DNA from: a virus
DNA: 39,635 bases
Direction: 5' to 3' (one strand)
IMG/VR virus record: IMGVR_UViG_2799112921_000001
Span: 1 to 39,635 of that record
Position numbers and translations under genes: made by a program. Below, one piece after another: positions 10,246-20,645 of this stretch; positions within the stretch are counted from its first letter, which is position 1, and every line of letters begins with the position of its first letter. The notes beneath the pieces are model-generated. The model was not told the origin of the DNA. It saw only the letters and a list, made by a program, of their open reading frames with translations, and searched no databases.

Positions 10246-13200
10246 CTATACTCCTCCCATACGGGCAATTCTTTTATCTCTTTTTATTAAAGCATCAGCA
10301 ATCTTATTTATCACGTTTTTATCACTGATTTTTTCAGTTAACATTTTAATAAGAGAATCTGTATCAACATCTTCGGTTTTACCGTCAACATTGACATTGA
10401 CATTATGCTCCAATATTAATTTAACCTCTTCTACATTACTTGCATCATCTTTATTATTATCAAATAAGCTTTCTAATGGATTGGTGTTTCGTCTAGGATT
10501 AATTCCACCACGATTTGGGATTTTGATATTGATTCCGCCAGCACTTGGGGCTGGATGACTATAATTACATGGTCCAGCTGTCCAACCTCCACGCTGTTTT
10601 AAAGCAGTAGTATCAAAGGTATAACCATTAATTATTGCACAACAATGACCATCAGAACCCCAATTCAATCCACAATTTACATAACCACTATAACCACAGG
10701 CATTAGCTAAAGCAACCATTGCAGATGCACCATCGAAACAATTCCAAGCACCATGAGCAATAGCATTCTGCCAGGAACCATATTTATCACTGTTGTAATA
10801 ATAATCATAAGGAATAGCACTTGCTATAGCAGTAGCAATACGGACAAATGAACCCCAACTAATATGAGGAGTTCCAGATTCAAAATCAGAAACTTTAAAG
10901 GATAATCCTGTATCAATATCGCCTACACCAGTATGTATGGCAGGTCCTCTCATTTGCCATTCACGAGCAGTATTTTTGATGTGTGTTACGTTTGGATCTA
11001 CAACACCATCCCAACTACCAGCAACACAATTAGGACAAATTCCACTTTGCAACAAATCAAGCACATTCAAACGGCTAGATGATGTTTTATTCATATATTC
11101 AAGAGTTAATGGGTCAATTATCCCATTTTGTTGAGCTTTAGTTGCAGTAATAGTATAAGGTAATTGATTATCACGCCTTATAGTGTTAGCTACTCCACGT
11201 GTTAAACGATGCATTACAGCAGGGTCACGTCCTGTGTGTCTTACAGTAGATGGTGTTCCATTACTTCCACCACCTGCCCATTGACTTGGATTTTGCAATT
11301 TACGATAGAAAGTACCAATAGTACTGCTTAATTGGTCAAAATAAGCAGCAGCTTCATTACGTATACGTGCAGCAGCACTTATTATACTATCTGCCATTAC
11401 AGCCCATGCAGACCTCATTTCACCAGTAACTTTCATAGTTTCAGATAACATCTGAGCTAATTGTTGACGTGTAGTATTTGTAGCATTATTCATAGCAGCA
11501 CGGTGAGTCATTAACATGTTGTTTAATTGAGTACGCAAATTAGTGCTCATAGAAAGCAAGTTTAAGTTTAAACCTGTACTAATATTTTGGAAAGTACTTA
11601 AATCATTAGTTTGTATAGCCCCATAAGCTAATTGGTCTTGTAAAACCATATTGTTTAGTGTGGTCATCATCATTGTGGCTAAGGCATTGTAAGATTCACC
11701 AATCATGGTATTAGTATCATCAGTCATTCCCATTGCAGAGTCTAAACCACCACTAATACTTGACAAATCAATATCTGCCATATCAACATTTTCTAATGGA
11801 TTAGCATCTAAGTCTTGATATGGCATTAAATCTTCTGTATCCATACTTAATTTAGGCTCACCGAACTTATCAACGATAGCCTCACCAACTTGACGTGCAT
11901 ACTCACCAGCAGGTTTAATAGTATCCTTAATCTTAGTAACAACACCTTTAAACTCCTCACCAATACTATTCTGAGCAATACCTGGACTGTGAATACCCAT
12001 GGCATCAAGTACACCATTAATAATATCTTTACCAAAATTAAGAGCAGCCGCTATTGCCTGAGGTATAGCTTCACGTATACGATCAGGGACCTTGATAAAT
12101 TCATCATAAATCTTACCCGGTAATTCCTGAACAGTAGTTGCTGCACCATTAACCATTTCACCAGCTTTCTGACGTGCATTATCTACCCATTGACCACCAG
12201 CAGAAATAATATTGCTTGTGGTTTGAACTAGAAAATCCCAAACACGTCCCGGAAGTTGGGAAATGTAATTAACCACCCCATTTAAGAAATTAGTACCTGC
12301 ACTAACAGCATAATTCCATACTTGACCTGCAAAATTCAAAATCGCATTAGCAATAACCATCATAATTTGAATCCACATTTGAGAGAGTAATCCCCAAATA
12401 CCTAATAACAATGCAGGTAAATCTATTTGACCTGTTTTGAATTGGTCAAAAACACCTATTATACCAACCATAGTAGTCCAGACAATAGTTAAAACTTGAA
12501 CTATAACATCCCATATTGGAGCAAATACACTCATAAGGAATTCACCTAGAGGTTGTAATGTTTGCCATAACCATTCAAAAGCAGGAACCAAACTCCCCAT
12601 TAACCATTCACCAACACTAGCCAAAGCAGCAAATAATCCATCAATCGCAGCACGTACAGTATCATTAGTATTATACAAGTAAATTAACGCAGCAACAAGC
12701 GCCATTATTGCAATAACTATAATCATTACAGGGTTTGCATCTAGCAATGCATTCCAAACAGCAGTAGCTGCATTAACTAACCATTGATACGCTGCATAAA
12801 GCTTTGCCTTTATTCCTGCTAGACTAATTCCATCAGCTAATGATCTGAATTTATCTGCAAGAGTAGCTATTTTTTCAGCTGCAATCTCTCTGATTTTGCT
12901 AAGTAAATCAATCAATTTATCTTTAGCAAGTAAAATTTTATCTTTTAATTCAGAAAATTTAGTTTTTAATATTTCAAGTTTATCTGCTGCATTTTCACGC
13001 ATTTTACTAAGGAAATCAACAAGATTTCCTTTTGCATCAACAATTTTGTCTTTAATCTCTTGGAATTTTTGTTTGATAGTATTTAGTTTTCCTTCATTCC
13101 AACTAGTCGATAATTTATCTTTTAATTCTTGAAGTTTTTCTTTTGCAGAATTCACCTTTTCTTTAAATGAATCCCATTTACCTTGCATATTTTGGATAGT

Positions 13201-14573
13201 TTCCTCAAGATTTGATAATTTATCTTTTACCCATGCTGCACTATTCCATAATTGTCCTAAAACTTGTAATACTGGGCTGATTGATGGAGCCATTGTAGCG
13301 AATGCACTTGCAGCAGTCATAGCTCCAGCAGCATATTTCATCCAATTTTTAGCACCCTCATCAACTTTACCATCATTATTTGCATCAACAAATTTAAGAA
13401 CAGAATCAAGTGCATCGTCAACCATTGGTTTAAATTCATCACCTAGGCTTCTTGCTGACACACTCCACATTTTCTTTAATCGAGTAATTTTACCATGTGT
13501 AGTGTCCATCATACTACTGACGTCACCACTTTGTTTTAAACAATCTTCTAAAGCTTTAGTATAACCATCAATATCATCAGCACTACCACTCCATCCGGCA
13601 TTTTCAAGTTTTTCTTTTGTGATACCAAAGTTTTCTTTGAGCATTTCAAATTCGCCGTTGAGACCTTTACCTGCTGCTTGCATAAGTCCCATGGCTTCAT
13701 CCCCAGATTTACCCATAAGAATGGCTCTTTGACCAATATCTAACAAAATACTTTCAAATGAATTTAACTGGTCTCCAGTAGCTCCAGTCATTTGTTTTAC
13801 CACCGACAATGATTGTGCTAGTTGGTCAAGAGAAACAAGAGACTTATTTGTATCATCATCCATTTTATTCCATAGTTGATTGAACTTTTCTGTGGATTGC
13901 CCCGCACCTAAAAGAGCAGAACTTAAATGTTGGATTCTCTCCCGAGATATGGACGCACCTATTGTCATATCGGACATTGCTGCCAAACCAATTCCACCAA
14001 ATACTGATGAAATTATTCCACCAACACCACTAAAAGCATCACCCAAACTTTGAATTTTAGTTTTCACTGTAGATAATGCATTTGTTAAAGTGGATTTAAT
14101 ATGTGATGCTACATTAGAAACTTTTCCTTTTATAGTATCCCATTTTGTACCAACATAAGTTGTAATAGCAGATCCAACAACCTGGAGTTTGCCTTTCAAT
14201 GTATCTGTGCTAGTACCCAGCATGTTTAATTTGTTTTTGGCATAATCAAGACTACCTTTCCAAGTATTAGTTTCAACAGTTAACTCATTAAATCTATTAA
14301 TAAGTGCTGTTGTTTCATAGGTTAAATTCCCACCGAAACCTCTCCCCAATTCTCTAATAGCCATTAAAGTAGTTTGAGCTTCGTCATCTAATTTGTGGAA
14401 TTGCACTACAGCTTGCTGTTGGGATTGTGAAAGCTTGTTAAAACTATCTTTTCCTTTATTACCTACTTCAATATATTGCCGAATTTTTTAATCATTTGGT
14501 CGGCTTTTTGAGCTACACTAGTGGCTTGGTCTTCCATTTTCAGTATAATATTAATTATATTCTGAGAAACCAT
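10246..14573 (-). CDS. Tape measure protein with C-terminal transglutaminase-like Cys-His-Asp domain; frameshifted near the 5' end
   Basis: Tape-measure-like domain, W/F-spaced helical repeats, position after the chaperone. ATG 14573 with GGTGG SD stops at TAG 14463-14465; the -1 frame is open from 14487 to 10246. Confidence 0.85.
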
Positions 14574-14590
14574 CTAGCCACACCACCAAT

Positions 14591-14755
14591 TTATTTTTTA
14601 TCGACTTTATTCATCTCTTTATGTAACTCAGCACGACCTTTAACAATAAAATAAGATTGAACAACGGTTAAATCACTGCTACGCTCACATAAATGGTATC
14701 CACAGTAATCCAACCATATAATATTTTGACCTTCAGTCGTCTTCAGGAAATTTGT
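14591..14755 (-). CDS. gpT-like frameshift extension of the tail assembly chaperone (+1 frame)
   Basis: Open frame TNFLKTTEGQNIIWLDYCGYHL...VDKK* between TAG 14756-14758 and TAA 14591-14593; no usable ATG; fills the gap between chaperone and TMP. Confidence 0.7.
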   Translation of the reverse strand, partial: TNFLKTTEGQNIIWLDYCGYHLCERSSDLTVVQSYFIVKGRAELHKEMNKVDKK

Positions 14756-15164
14756 CTATATCTCCTTCAGTAACACCAACACCAGATAATGCATCTATTT
14801 TTTCGATAAGTTCCTCAATTGCATCACGTTTTAATTGATTAATATCCTCTTCAGTCCAAGGATCATCCTGATTTTTAGGATTATCAAGACTCATTTCTAT
14901 TTTACGAGTTCTTGCTTTTGCACTGTTTACAGTAGCTTTGTAAACGTTGATTTCACCATTTGCAACAGTTTCGCCTTGCACTTTTCCACGTGATTTACTG
15001 GTTGTTTTATAAGATTCCATTCCTTTAGATTCTATCTTATCAATTTCATCTAATTCTGAATTAGATAATGGTCTTAACCATAATTCACCATCTAATGCGT
15101 TGATTGTTATTTTTTCAGGGTCGTTTATTCCTTTTAAAATATCAGATTTTTTTAATAATGCCAT
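14733..15164 (-). CDS. Tail assembly chaperone (gpG-like)
   Basis: 143-aa acidic ORF between tail tube and TMP; LWLRPLS motif; GGAGG SD. Confidence 0.8.
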   Translation of the reverse strand: MALLKKSDILKGINDPEKITINALDGELWLRPLSNSELDEIDKIESKGMESYKTTSKSRGKVQGETVANGEINVYKATVNSAKARTRKIEMSLDNPKNQDDPWTEEDINQLKRDAIEELIEKIDALSGVGVTEGDIDKFPEDD

Positions 15165-15197
15165 TTTATTAGCCTCCTAACTAAATAAATAGAGTTG

Positions 15198-15458
15198 TTA
15201 TATTTCTTCTAAAATAATTTCTAAGGTTTCAGTTTCGGAAGTAATGTTTACTTCTTGAGTATAATTTTCATAACCTTCTTTAGTTGCTGTTATTGTAACA
15301 GTTCCTACAGGCACGTTTCTTAGTGTACATCCACCAGCATTTCCTGTAGTGCTTGTAATATCACCAATAGCAACTTCAACTTGACTTACTGGATTTTCTC
15401 CATCCGTCACATGAACTTGAATATTTACTGTTTCAGGATTCACCTCAGATGCTGGGAG
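15198..15458 (-). CDS. Ig-like (carboxypeptidase-regulatory/PEGA-like) domain, probably a +1 frameshift extension of the tail tube protein
   Basis: VHVTDGENPVSQVEV...TGNAGGCTLRNVPVGTVTITATKEGY; frame opens after TAG 15459-15461 and overlaps the last tube codons; the GTG at 15443 lacks an upstream SD. Confidence 0.75.
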   Translation of the reverse strand, partial: LPASEVNPETVNIQVHVTDGENPVSQVEVAIGDITSTTGNAGGCTLRNVPVGTVTITATKEGYENYTQEVNITSETETLEIILEEI

Positions 15459-16479
15459 CTATCTCAGGCATGTTATTGACGAGTTTCACATACATATCTG
15501 TTGTAACTTCACTACCATCCATTAATGTAACTTTATCTGAACCTAATGTAGCCATATTTAATGTAGCTTCAACATCATCAACACCTGATGAATCAAATTC
15601 AGCAAGTAATGTGCATTTAGGGAAGAAAATAGTTAAACCTAAATCAGGATATTCACATAATTCAACATTAACTTTGAATGGAACTTGTAAAATCTTACAT
15701 TTAGTAGGTCTTACAGCCCCTACATCACCATATCTTGCGTCAAGAATGGAATCAACAGTTTCTCCTGTTAATGTAGTTACAACACTGATGTTATTTTCTC
15801 TTTTATTTGCTTTTGCTTGACCTTGAGGATGTCTAGCACCAAAACCAATAGTTTTATCTACATCATGATTATTTCCAGATTCAATTGTGAGACTTGTTTG
15901 TATTCCATCAGGATCTTTACCATTCAATTCCAATGTAATATCATAAAACATGATGAATAAATCATTTTTTAATTCTTCAGTAACTCTTTCATATTCCGCT
16001 CCGTTTTTTAATTTGTCGGAAAACTCTGTTTTGTAAATGAAATCAGCACCGAGAGTCATGTCTTCACTTGAACATTCTAATTTCATAGAATCAACAAGTA
16101 ATCCTATCAAGTATAATACAAATTCATCTTCTACTGATACTCCTCTGAAACTTTTTAATAATTTGCTTTCACTACCCCAAAATTCGTGGATGTTTTCATC
16201 ACCATTTCCAGCAGTGAACTTATATTGATCTAATAACGCCCATAAATAATGTCCAATTATTTGAAGGTTTGCTGAAGTTTCAATTGATCCGGTTGGTTTC
16301 ATTACTCCAGCTCTTGATTTTTGATTCATACGAGAACCAAAAGATTTTGTTACCGGTTCGTCATTAAGTTTGAAATCCATTGAATCAACATCATGGTCGA
16401 AGTCCAAATTAAATTGTTCTTTGGTTTTTTCCTCACCATATGCATATTCTGGTTCAAGTCCAAAAACTCTACAAGTCAT
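15445..16479 (-). CDS. Major tail tube protein
   Basis: 344 aa, RVFGLEPEYAYG N-terminus, beta-rich; lies between tail terminator and chaperone. Confidence 0.8.
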   Translation of the reverse strand: MTCRVFGLEPEYAYGEEKTKEQFNLDFDHDVDSMDFKLNDEPVTKSFGSRMNQKSRAGVMKPTGSIETSANLQIIGHYLWALLDQYKFTAGNGDENIHEFWGSESKLLKSFRGVSVEDEFVLYLIGLLVDSMKLECSSEDMTLGADFIYKTEFSDKLKNGAEYERVTEELKNDLFIMFYDITLELNGKDPDGIQTSLTIESGNNHDVDKTIGFGARHPQGQAKANKRENNISVVTTLTGETVDSILDARYGDVGAVRPTKCKILQVPFKVNVELCEYPDLGLTIFFPKCTLLAEFDSSGVDDVEATLNMATLGSDKVTLMDGSEVTTDMYVKLVNNMPEIAPSI

Positions 16480-16481
16480 TT

Positions 16482-17018
16482 TTAATCACCATTATTCTCA
16501 TTTTCTTCTTTTATCATTCTTTTACAGCAATTTAACCAGTCTATACGATGTAAAACATTTAATGTGATGCTCGTAGCAGGTACGTTTTCTGATTTACCTA
16601 GAATCTGAACATCCCCTGCAGGATAAAACATGAAAAATTGAAGGTCATGAATCACTCTTTCACCATATCCCAGTTCTTTTTGAATTCGCAGATAATTTTT
16701 AAGGATTGCAAGCACTACACGGCTTGCAAGGTTTTGACCTTTTCTTTCACTGATTTCAGCATCTGGATCATATACAATGCAGACAAATTCAAAAGGAGTG
16801 AGTAATGTAATATCATTTGACAAAGTGGTTTTGCTATTAGGAGCTACAATTGTTGGATGTTGATTAATCCATATGCAAGGTTCATTAACCCCATTTTCGT
16901 TATTATTTGTTGTTATGATTTGTTCAACATCATGCAGTATTCCATCAGGATTATTTTCTGTTAGTATGCATTCGTGCATTATTTCCGGTACTGCTTCCAA
17001 TCCCGTTAAAATATTCAT
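16482..17018 (-). CDS. Putative tail terminator/completion protein
   Basis: Synteny immediately before the tube gene; PCIWI motif similar to tail terminators. Confidence 0.55.
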   Translation of the reverse strand: MNILTGLEAVPEIMHECILTENNPDGILHDVEQIITTNNNENGVNEPCIWINQHPTIVAPNSKTTLSNDITLLTPFEFVCIVYDPDAEISERKGQNLASRVVLAILKNYLRIQKELGYGERVIHDLQFFMFYPAGDVQILGKSENVPATSITLNVLHRIDWLNCCKRMIKEENENNGD

Positions 17019-17021
17019 ATT

Positions 17022-17489
17022 CTAGGATACCTCGTTTATTACTTTGATGAATATGTCTTCTAGTTTAGCCTGTGTTTGTTTCATTGATTTTTCAACAAAG
17101 TGTTGACCTTTTTGACCTTTACTAGATTTAAGATATACATATCCGTCTTTACTTACCGGACCTTTCCATTTAGGACCCGGCTTAAATGCTAATACTTTAC
17201 CAGATTTCGGTTTAATAACACTGCCTCTAGGACCATATACACCTGTACCATCGTTTGGAAAGATTGCATATTGTGCTGGAGTGCGTATTTCTATTTCTTC
17301 TGGTGTGGTATTTGCAAAAAACCATTGGCGGAGTAATCCATGGTCAACAGGACTATTTAATGATAAATTTCTTAGCATTTCTTGTCCTGATAATTGTAAT
17401 CCTCTGCGTTTGATTTGAGGTAGACGTTCACTTACACTCTTATAAGCCGAATCATCTACGTTTATGATTACTTTCACCATGAATATCAC
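17022..17489 (-). CDS. HK97 gp10-like neck/tail completion protein (likely start ATG 17480)
   Basis: SPVDHGLLRQ, YAIFPNDGTG and KGQKGQHFVEKS motifs typical of the HK97-gp10 family. Confidence 0.75.
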   Translation of the reverse strand: MIFMVKVIINVDDSAYKSVSERLPQIKRRGLQLSGQEMLRNLSLNSPVDHGLLRQWFFANTTPEEIEIRTPAQYAIFPNDGTGVYGPRGSVIKPKSGKVLAFKPGPKWKGPVSKDGYVYLKSSKGQKGQHFVEKSMKQTQAKLEDIFIKVINEVS

Positions 17490-17877
17490 TGCCAGTTATT
17501 GCGAAAAATTCTATTTTATCGCTAGTATGGGATATGTCTATTTTGAATGGTTCAAGGTCTTCTTTCAGGTCATTTGTGAAAATTCGACTTCCCACAGTGG
17601 AAATGTTCCAATCGTTAACTTTGGTTATAGGTGTGTCTCTTCTTGCGATTGCTTGTGTTACCATGTTTGCTGTTAGTCGTAAGCAGACATTTTTCACTGC
17701 TAATGGTACCTCTTTTTTGAAGTCATTGTTACAATATGATTTAATTAAATCCTCGCTTTGTTTAGTCCATGCTTCTATTATGACATATAACTTTCCGTCA
17801 TCATTGGACTGTAATTTTAGCATTGATGGTTTTAATCCTGTGAATTCTATAACTTCATCTGCATCAACCCAAGTCAT
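17452..17877 (-). CDS. Head-tail connector/adaptor (SPP1 gp15/HK97 gp6-like)
   Basis: LIKSYCNNDF...VPLAVKNVCLRL pattern; position after the capsid gene. Confidence 0.7.
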   Translation of the reverse strand: MTWVDADEVIEFTGLKPSMLKLQSNDDGKLYVIIEAWTKQSEDLIKSYCNNDFKKEVPLAVKNVCLRLTANMVTQAIARRDTPITKVNDWNISTVGSRIFTNDLKEDLEPFKIDISHTSDKIEFFAITGSDIHGESNHKRR

Positions 17878-17898
17878 TTTTCACACACCCTTATGTCT

Positions 17899-18081
17899 TC
17901 AACCATCATCACCATCATTACCTGCATTATCATCTTCAGGCTCAGGCTGCAATTCAGGAGTAGAATCAGTATTTTCTGACTCCATTACTGGAAGTTCACC
18001 AGTCCTCATATATTCATATAATAAGCCCCTGCTCCTGCGAACACGAACAGGCAACTTATGCCAAGCCAATAAGTCAGTCAT
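17899..18081 (-). CDS. Small hypothetical protein with acidic tail
   Basis: 60 aa with GGTGA SD; lies between capsid and connector genes. Confidence 0.7.
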   Translation of the reverse strand: MTDLLAWHKLPVRVRRSRGLLYEYMRTGELPVMESENTDSTPELQPEPEDDNAGNDGDDG

Positions 18082-18096
18082 GAAAAATCACCTTAA

Positions 18097-19176
18097 TTAT
18101 ACTTTAGCTTCATCTTGAATAACAGCTAATTCATCTAAAGTTAATTTAGCAGAGTTAATAACACTGAACACCTCTTTTCCAGCACAACCTTTCATCCTAT
18201 ACCAGAAATTAGTTCTTTCTTGTCCAGCCTTTCTTTCTAATTCCATGCTAATATCTTTATAAACTCCCCAAGTGATTGTATCAGGGAATGCACCCATACA
18301 GGTAGCTGTATTATCTAATGCTTTACAGTCTGGACTGTCTAATACTGGAGCATATTTAATTTGATAACGTTTGTACATTAATGGAGCATTACCTGTTTGC
18401 ATATCATCCCCGAGTTTAGTGTTACGTGATTTTAACAAGTTGCGGTAAGCATCTTCGACTTCATAGGGGACATAAATCACATAGTTATTCATTAATTGGG
18501 ATTGTCTAATACGTGGAGGTACAGCTGCAATAAGTGCATCAAATAATGCTTCAATAGTATCTTCATGAACATTGAAAGCTTTTTCAGCATTAGTAGAACC
18601 GTATTCACTGGATTTGAGAATATTACTCATTTTCACCCATCCATCGAAAGTGTGGAATAAAGGTTCATCATTGTATCCTAAATCAGTATCCCCGAATACT
18701 GCAATAGCTTCTAAATCCTCACCCATACGCTGACCCATCATAGATTGAAGAGTAGATTCAAATTGAGTACCTTCTATGTTATCATCAAGATCATCATCAA
18801 GAAGATGTGTTTTTGCTTTTAATTTTCTAGCATGTAATTTAGAATGTTCAAAGTCTAATTCTGCTTCTTTTAAATCTTCTTTAGTTTGTCTACCATTATT
18901 AGTACCATCATCTTCCATGTAACCGTCTTGTAATACCCTACCTTCAATTTTTGAACCAGAAAGAACTTCCTCTTCACGAGTCATTCTTTTAAATGCTGCA
19001 TCTGCAAGAATAGTAGTATTAAGTTGCATTTCAAGAACAAATTTATTATATTGTTTACGGTCAAGTATACCGGCATTGGCTTTCATTTTATCATACATGG
19101 TGTCTTCTTTAGTTGCACCATTAGCAAGTCCTGCTGCCTCGACTATATGATTTAAAACTGCATTCATATTTACCAT
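18097..19176 (-). CDS. Major capsid protein (HK97 fold)
   Basis: 359 aa after the protease; GILDRKQYNKF, DDLDDNIEG..FESTL, GDTD motifs of P2/XkdG-like capsids. Confidence 0.85.
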   Translation of the reverse strand: MVNMNAVLNHIVEAAGLANGATKEDTMYDKMKANAGILDRKQYNKFVLEMQLNTTILADAAFKRMTREEEVLSGSKIEGRVLQDGYMEDDGTNNGRQTKEDLKEAELDFEHSKLHARKLKAKTHLLDDDLDDNIEGTQFESTLQSMMGQRMGEDLEAIAVFGDTDLGYNDEPLFHTFDGWVKMSNILKSSEYGSTNAEKAFNVHEDTIEALFDALIAAVPPRIRQSQLMNNYVIYVPYEVEDAYRNLLKSRNTKLGDDMQTGNAPLMYKRYQIKYAPVLDSPDCKALDNTATCMGAFPDTITWGVYKDISMELERKAGQERTNFWYRMKGCAGKEVFSVINSAKLTLDELAVIQDEAKV

Positions 19177-19187
19177 AAATAATCACC

Positions 19188-20165
19188 TTATTTTCTTTTT
19201 ACAGTTCCATTAGGATTTCTTCCAAGGAATGCGTAAGTATCTAATTCAGGGTCGTAATTTTCTTTAGTTGCACCACCATTGTGGATTGAACCTTGTTTAG
19301 AACCACCTTTTTTAGTTTTCTTATTTTTTTTCTTTTTATCATCATCTTCAGGTTCAGGTTCAGGAGTAGTTTCATCATCTTCTTCAGGATCATCTTCAAG
19401 ATCATCTTCAGGTTTACCTGATTTAATAGCACCCAACTCACCCAAAGCCTTAACAATACTTTCATTAACCTTCTCACCAATATCCTCAGATAATGATTTC
19501 ATTGCAGCATTATTCTCTTCTCTAAGTTTTTCAGCTAATGCATCAACATCCTCTTTAGTAGCAAACTTAGGTTCACCTGAGCCACCACCCAAAAGTTCTC
19601 TGATTTTATCAAGTGTCTTTCTATCATCACTCATATAATCACTTCCAATTTTACACTGTTTAGACCCAGACTGACAAGGCTTACGAACAATACTAACCGT
19701 AATAGTATTAGGATTCGGAATATTATGTATTAATTCACCCTGACTAGCTTTAATAGCCATGGCTTTCTTAATTAATTTCCCAATCTCCTCACGCTGAACG
19801 CTTGGACTATAACCGTCAAGTATACCATCTTCTATTTCCTTTTGTGCAGTGGGATCAGTAACATTAGTAGTTAACATCCAAGTACCCGGAGGATACGTTT
19901 CAGTACCTCCTTTAACAAGCTGGTAAGTAGTATTTTTTTTTAATAAAAAACTATCTACAGGCTCGCCAATAGATTTAGCACTTCCTAAATCGTAAAATAC
20001 TTGATGATTTTTATCAATAATCTGATAATCTTCAAAAGATTCTTTGAAAAATTTTATTTCTTCAGCTGTGAATGGTTTTTCTCCTCTATGATAATCACAA
20101 TCGGGTTTATCCGGTATCATTACCGGAGCAGTGAATAATACTCCATTATCACTTTTCACAGCCAT
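19188..20165 (-). CDS. Prohead protease (XkdF-like) with C-terminal scaffold region
   Basis: PVMIPD.PD, IDKNH, PPGTWML, GILDGYS motifs; acidic then Lys-rich coiled C-terminus; immediately before the MCP gene. Confidence 0.8.
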   Translation of the reverse strand: MAVKSDNGVLFTAPVMIPDKPDCDYHRGEKPFTAEEIKFFKESFEDYQIIDKNHQVFYDLGSAKSIGEPVDSFLLKKNTTYQLVKGGTETYPPGTWMLTTNVTDPTAQKEIEDGILDGYSPSVQREEIGKLIKKAMAIKASQGELIHNIPNPNTITVSIVRKPCQSGSKQCKIGSDYMSDDRKTLDKIRELLGGGSGEPKFATKEDVDALAEKLREENNAAMKSLSEDIGEKVNESIVKALGELGAIKSGKPEDDLEDDPEEDDETTPEPEPEDDDKKKKNKKTKKGGSKQGSIHNGGATKENYDPELDTYAFLGRNPNGTVKRK

Positions 20166-20241
20166 TTTTTCTATGCTAATAGTTAATACCCCCCATCCAA
20201 ATGTGGGTTTTTTTCTGGATTTAAAGAAAAATTAGTCTTTT

Positions 20242-20370
20242 AAAAAAAGGAAAAAAAATGTTTAAAAAGAAAAAAGAATATTTGATTAAAACAGTTTTTT
20301 TTACGTACCATACCTTTTTTTTATTCCTGTTTAAAATTATTCTTTTTCTTTTAGATTTTTCCCTTTTTTT
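20242..20370. repeat. Long imperfect inverted repeat of A/T tracts in the protease leader
   Basis: aaaaaaaggaaaaa (20242-55) with tttttcccttttttt (20356-70); aaaaagaaaaaagaata (20264-80) with tattctttttctttt (20338-52); aaacag (20289-94) with ctgttt (20327-32). Confidence 0.65.
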
Positions 20371-20461
20371 GATAGTGAAATTTGACAGAACAATTACTAT
20401 GTTTTTTTGAGACAATCTCTATTTTTGTTTGAAGAAAAAAAAATCATATTTTTTTATTGTT

Positions 20462-20482
20462 TCTTCACTATATACTCTCATA
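20462..20482 (-). promoter_or_regulatory. Candidate late promoter, copy 1 (TATGAGAGTATATAGTGAAGA)
   Basis: Exact 21-bp match to 30844-30864; intergenic, upstream of the head-tail operon; TATA-like core. Confidence 0.6.
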
Positions 20483-20645
20483 AATTAGAAACTTGTTTTT
20501 TGAACAAATTTTTTGAACAGAATAAGAATGTTTTAAAATTTTATTGAACACGAAAATTAGAAATGCGGTGTTTTTTATGATGGTGGTTGAACAGTTAAGT
20601 AGTTTTTAATGGTGAAAATTAAACAATATAAAAAAAATAGTGTGA

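Noticed and set aside
18081-18097. Frameshift or readthrough extension of the capsid protein
   Set aside because: The downstream 60-aa ORF has its own GGTGA SD and ATG and does not overlap the capsid gene.
20221-20415. 64-aa minus-strand ORF from the track
   Set aside because: Low-complexity K/F product of A/T tracts, non-ATG start; better explained as a leader or inverted repeat.
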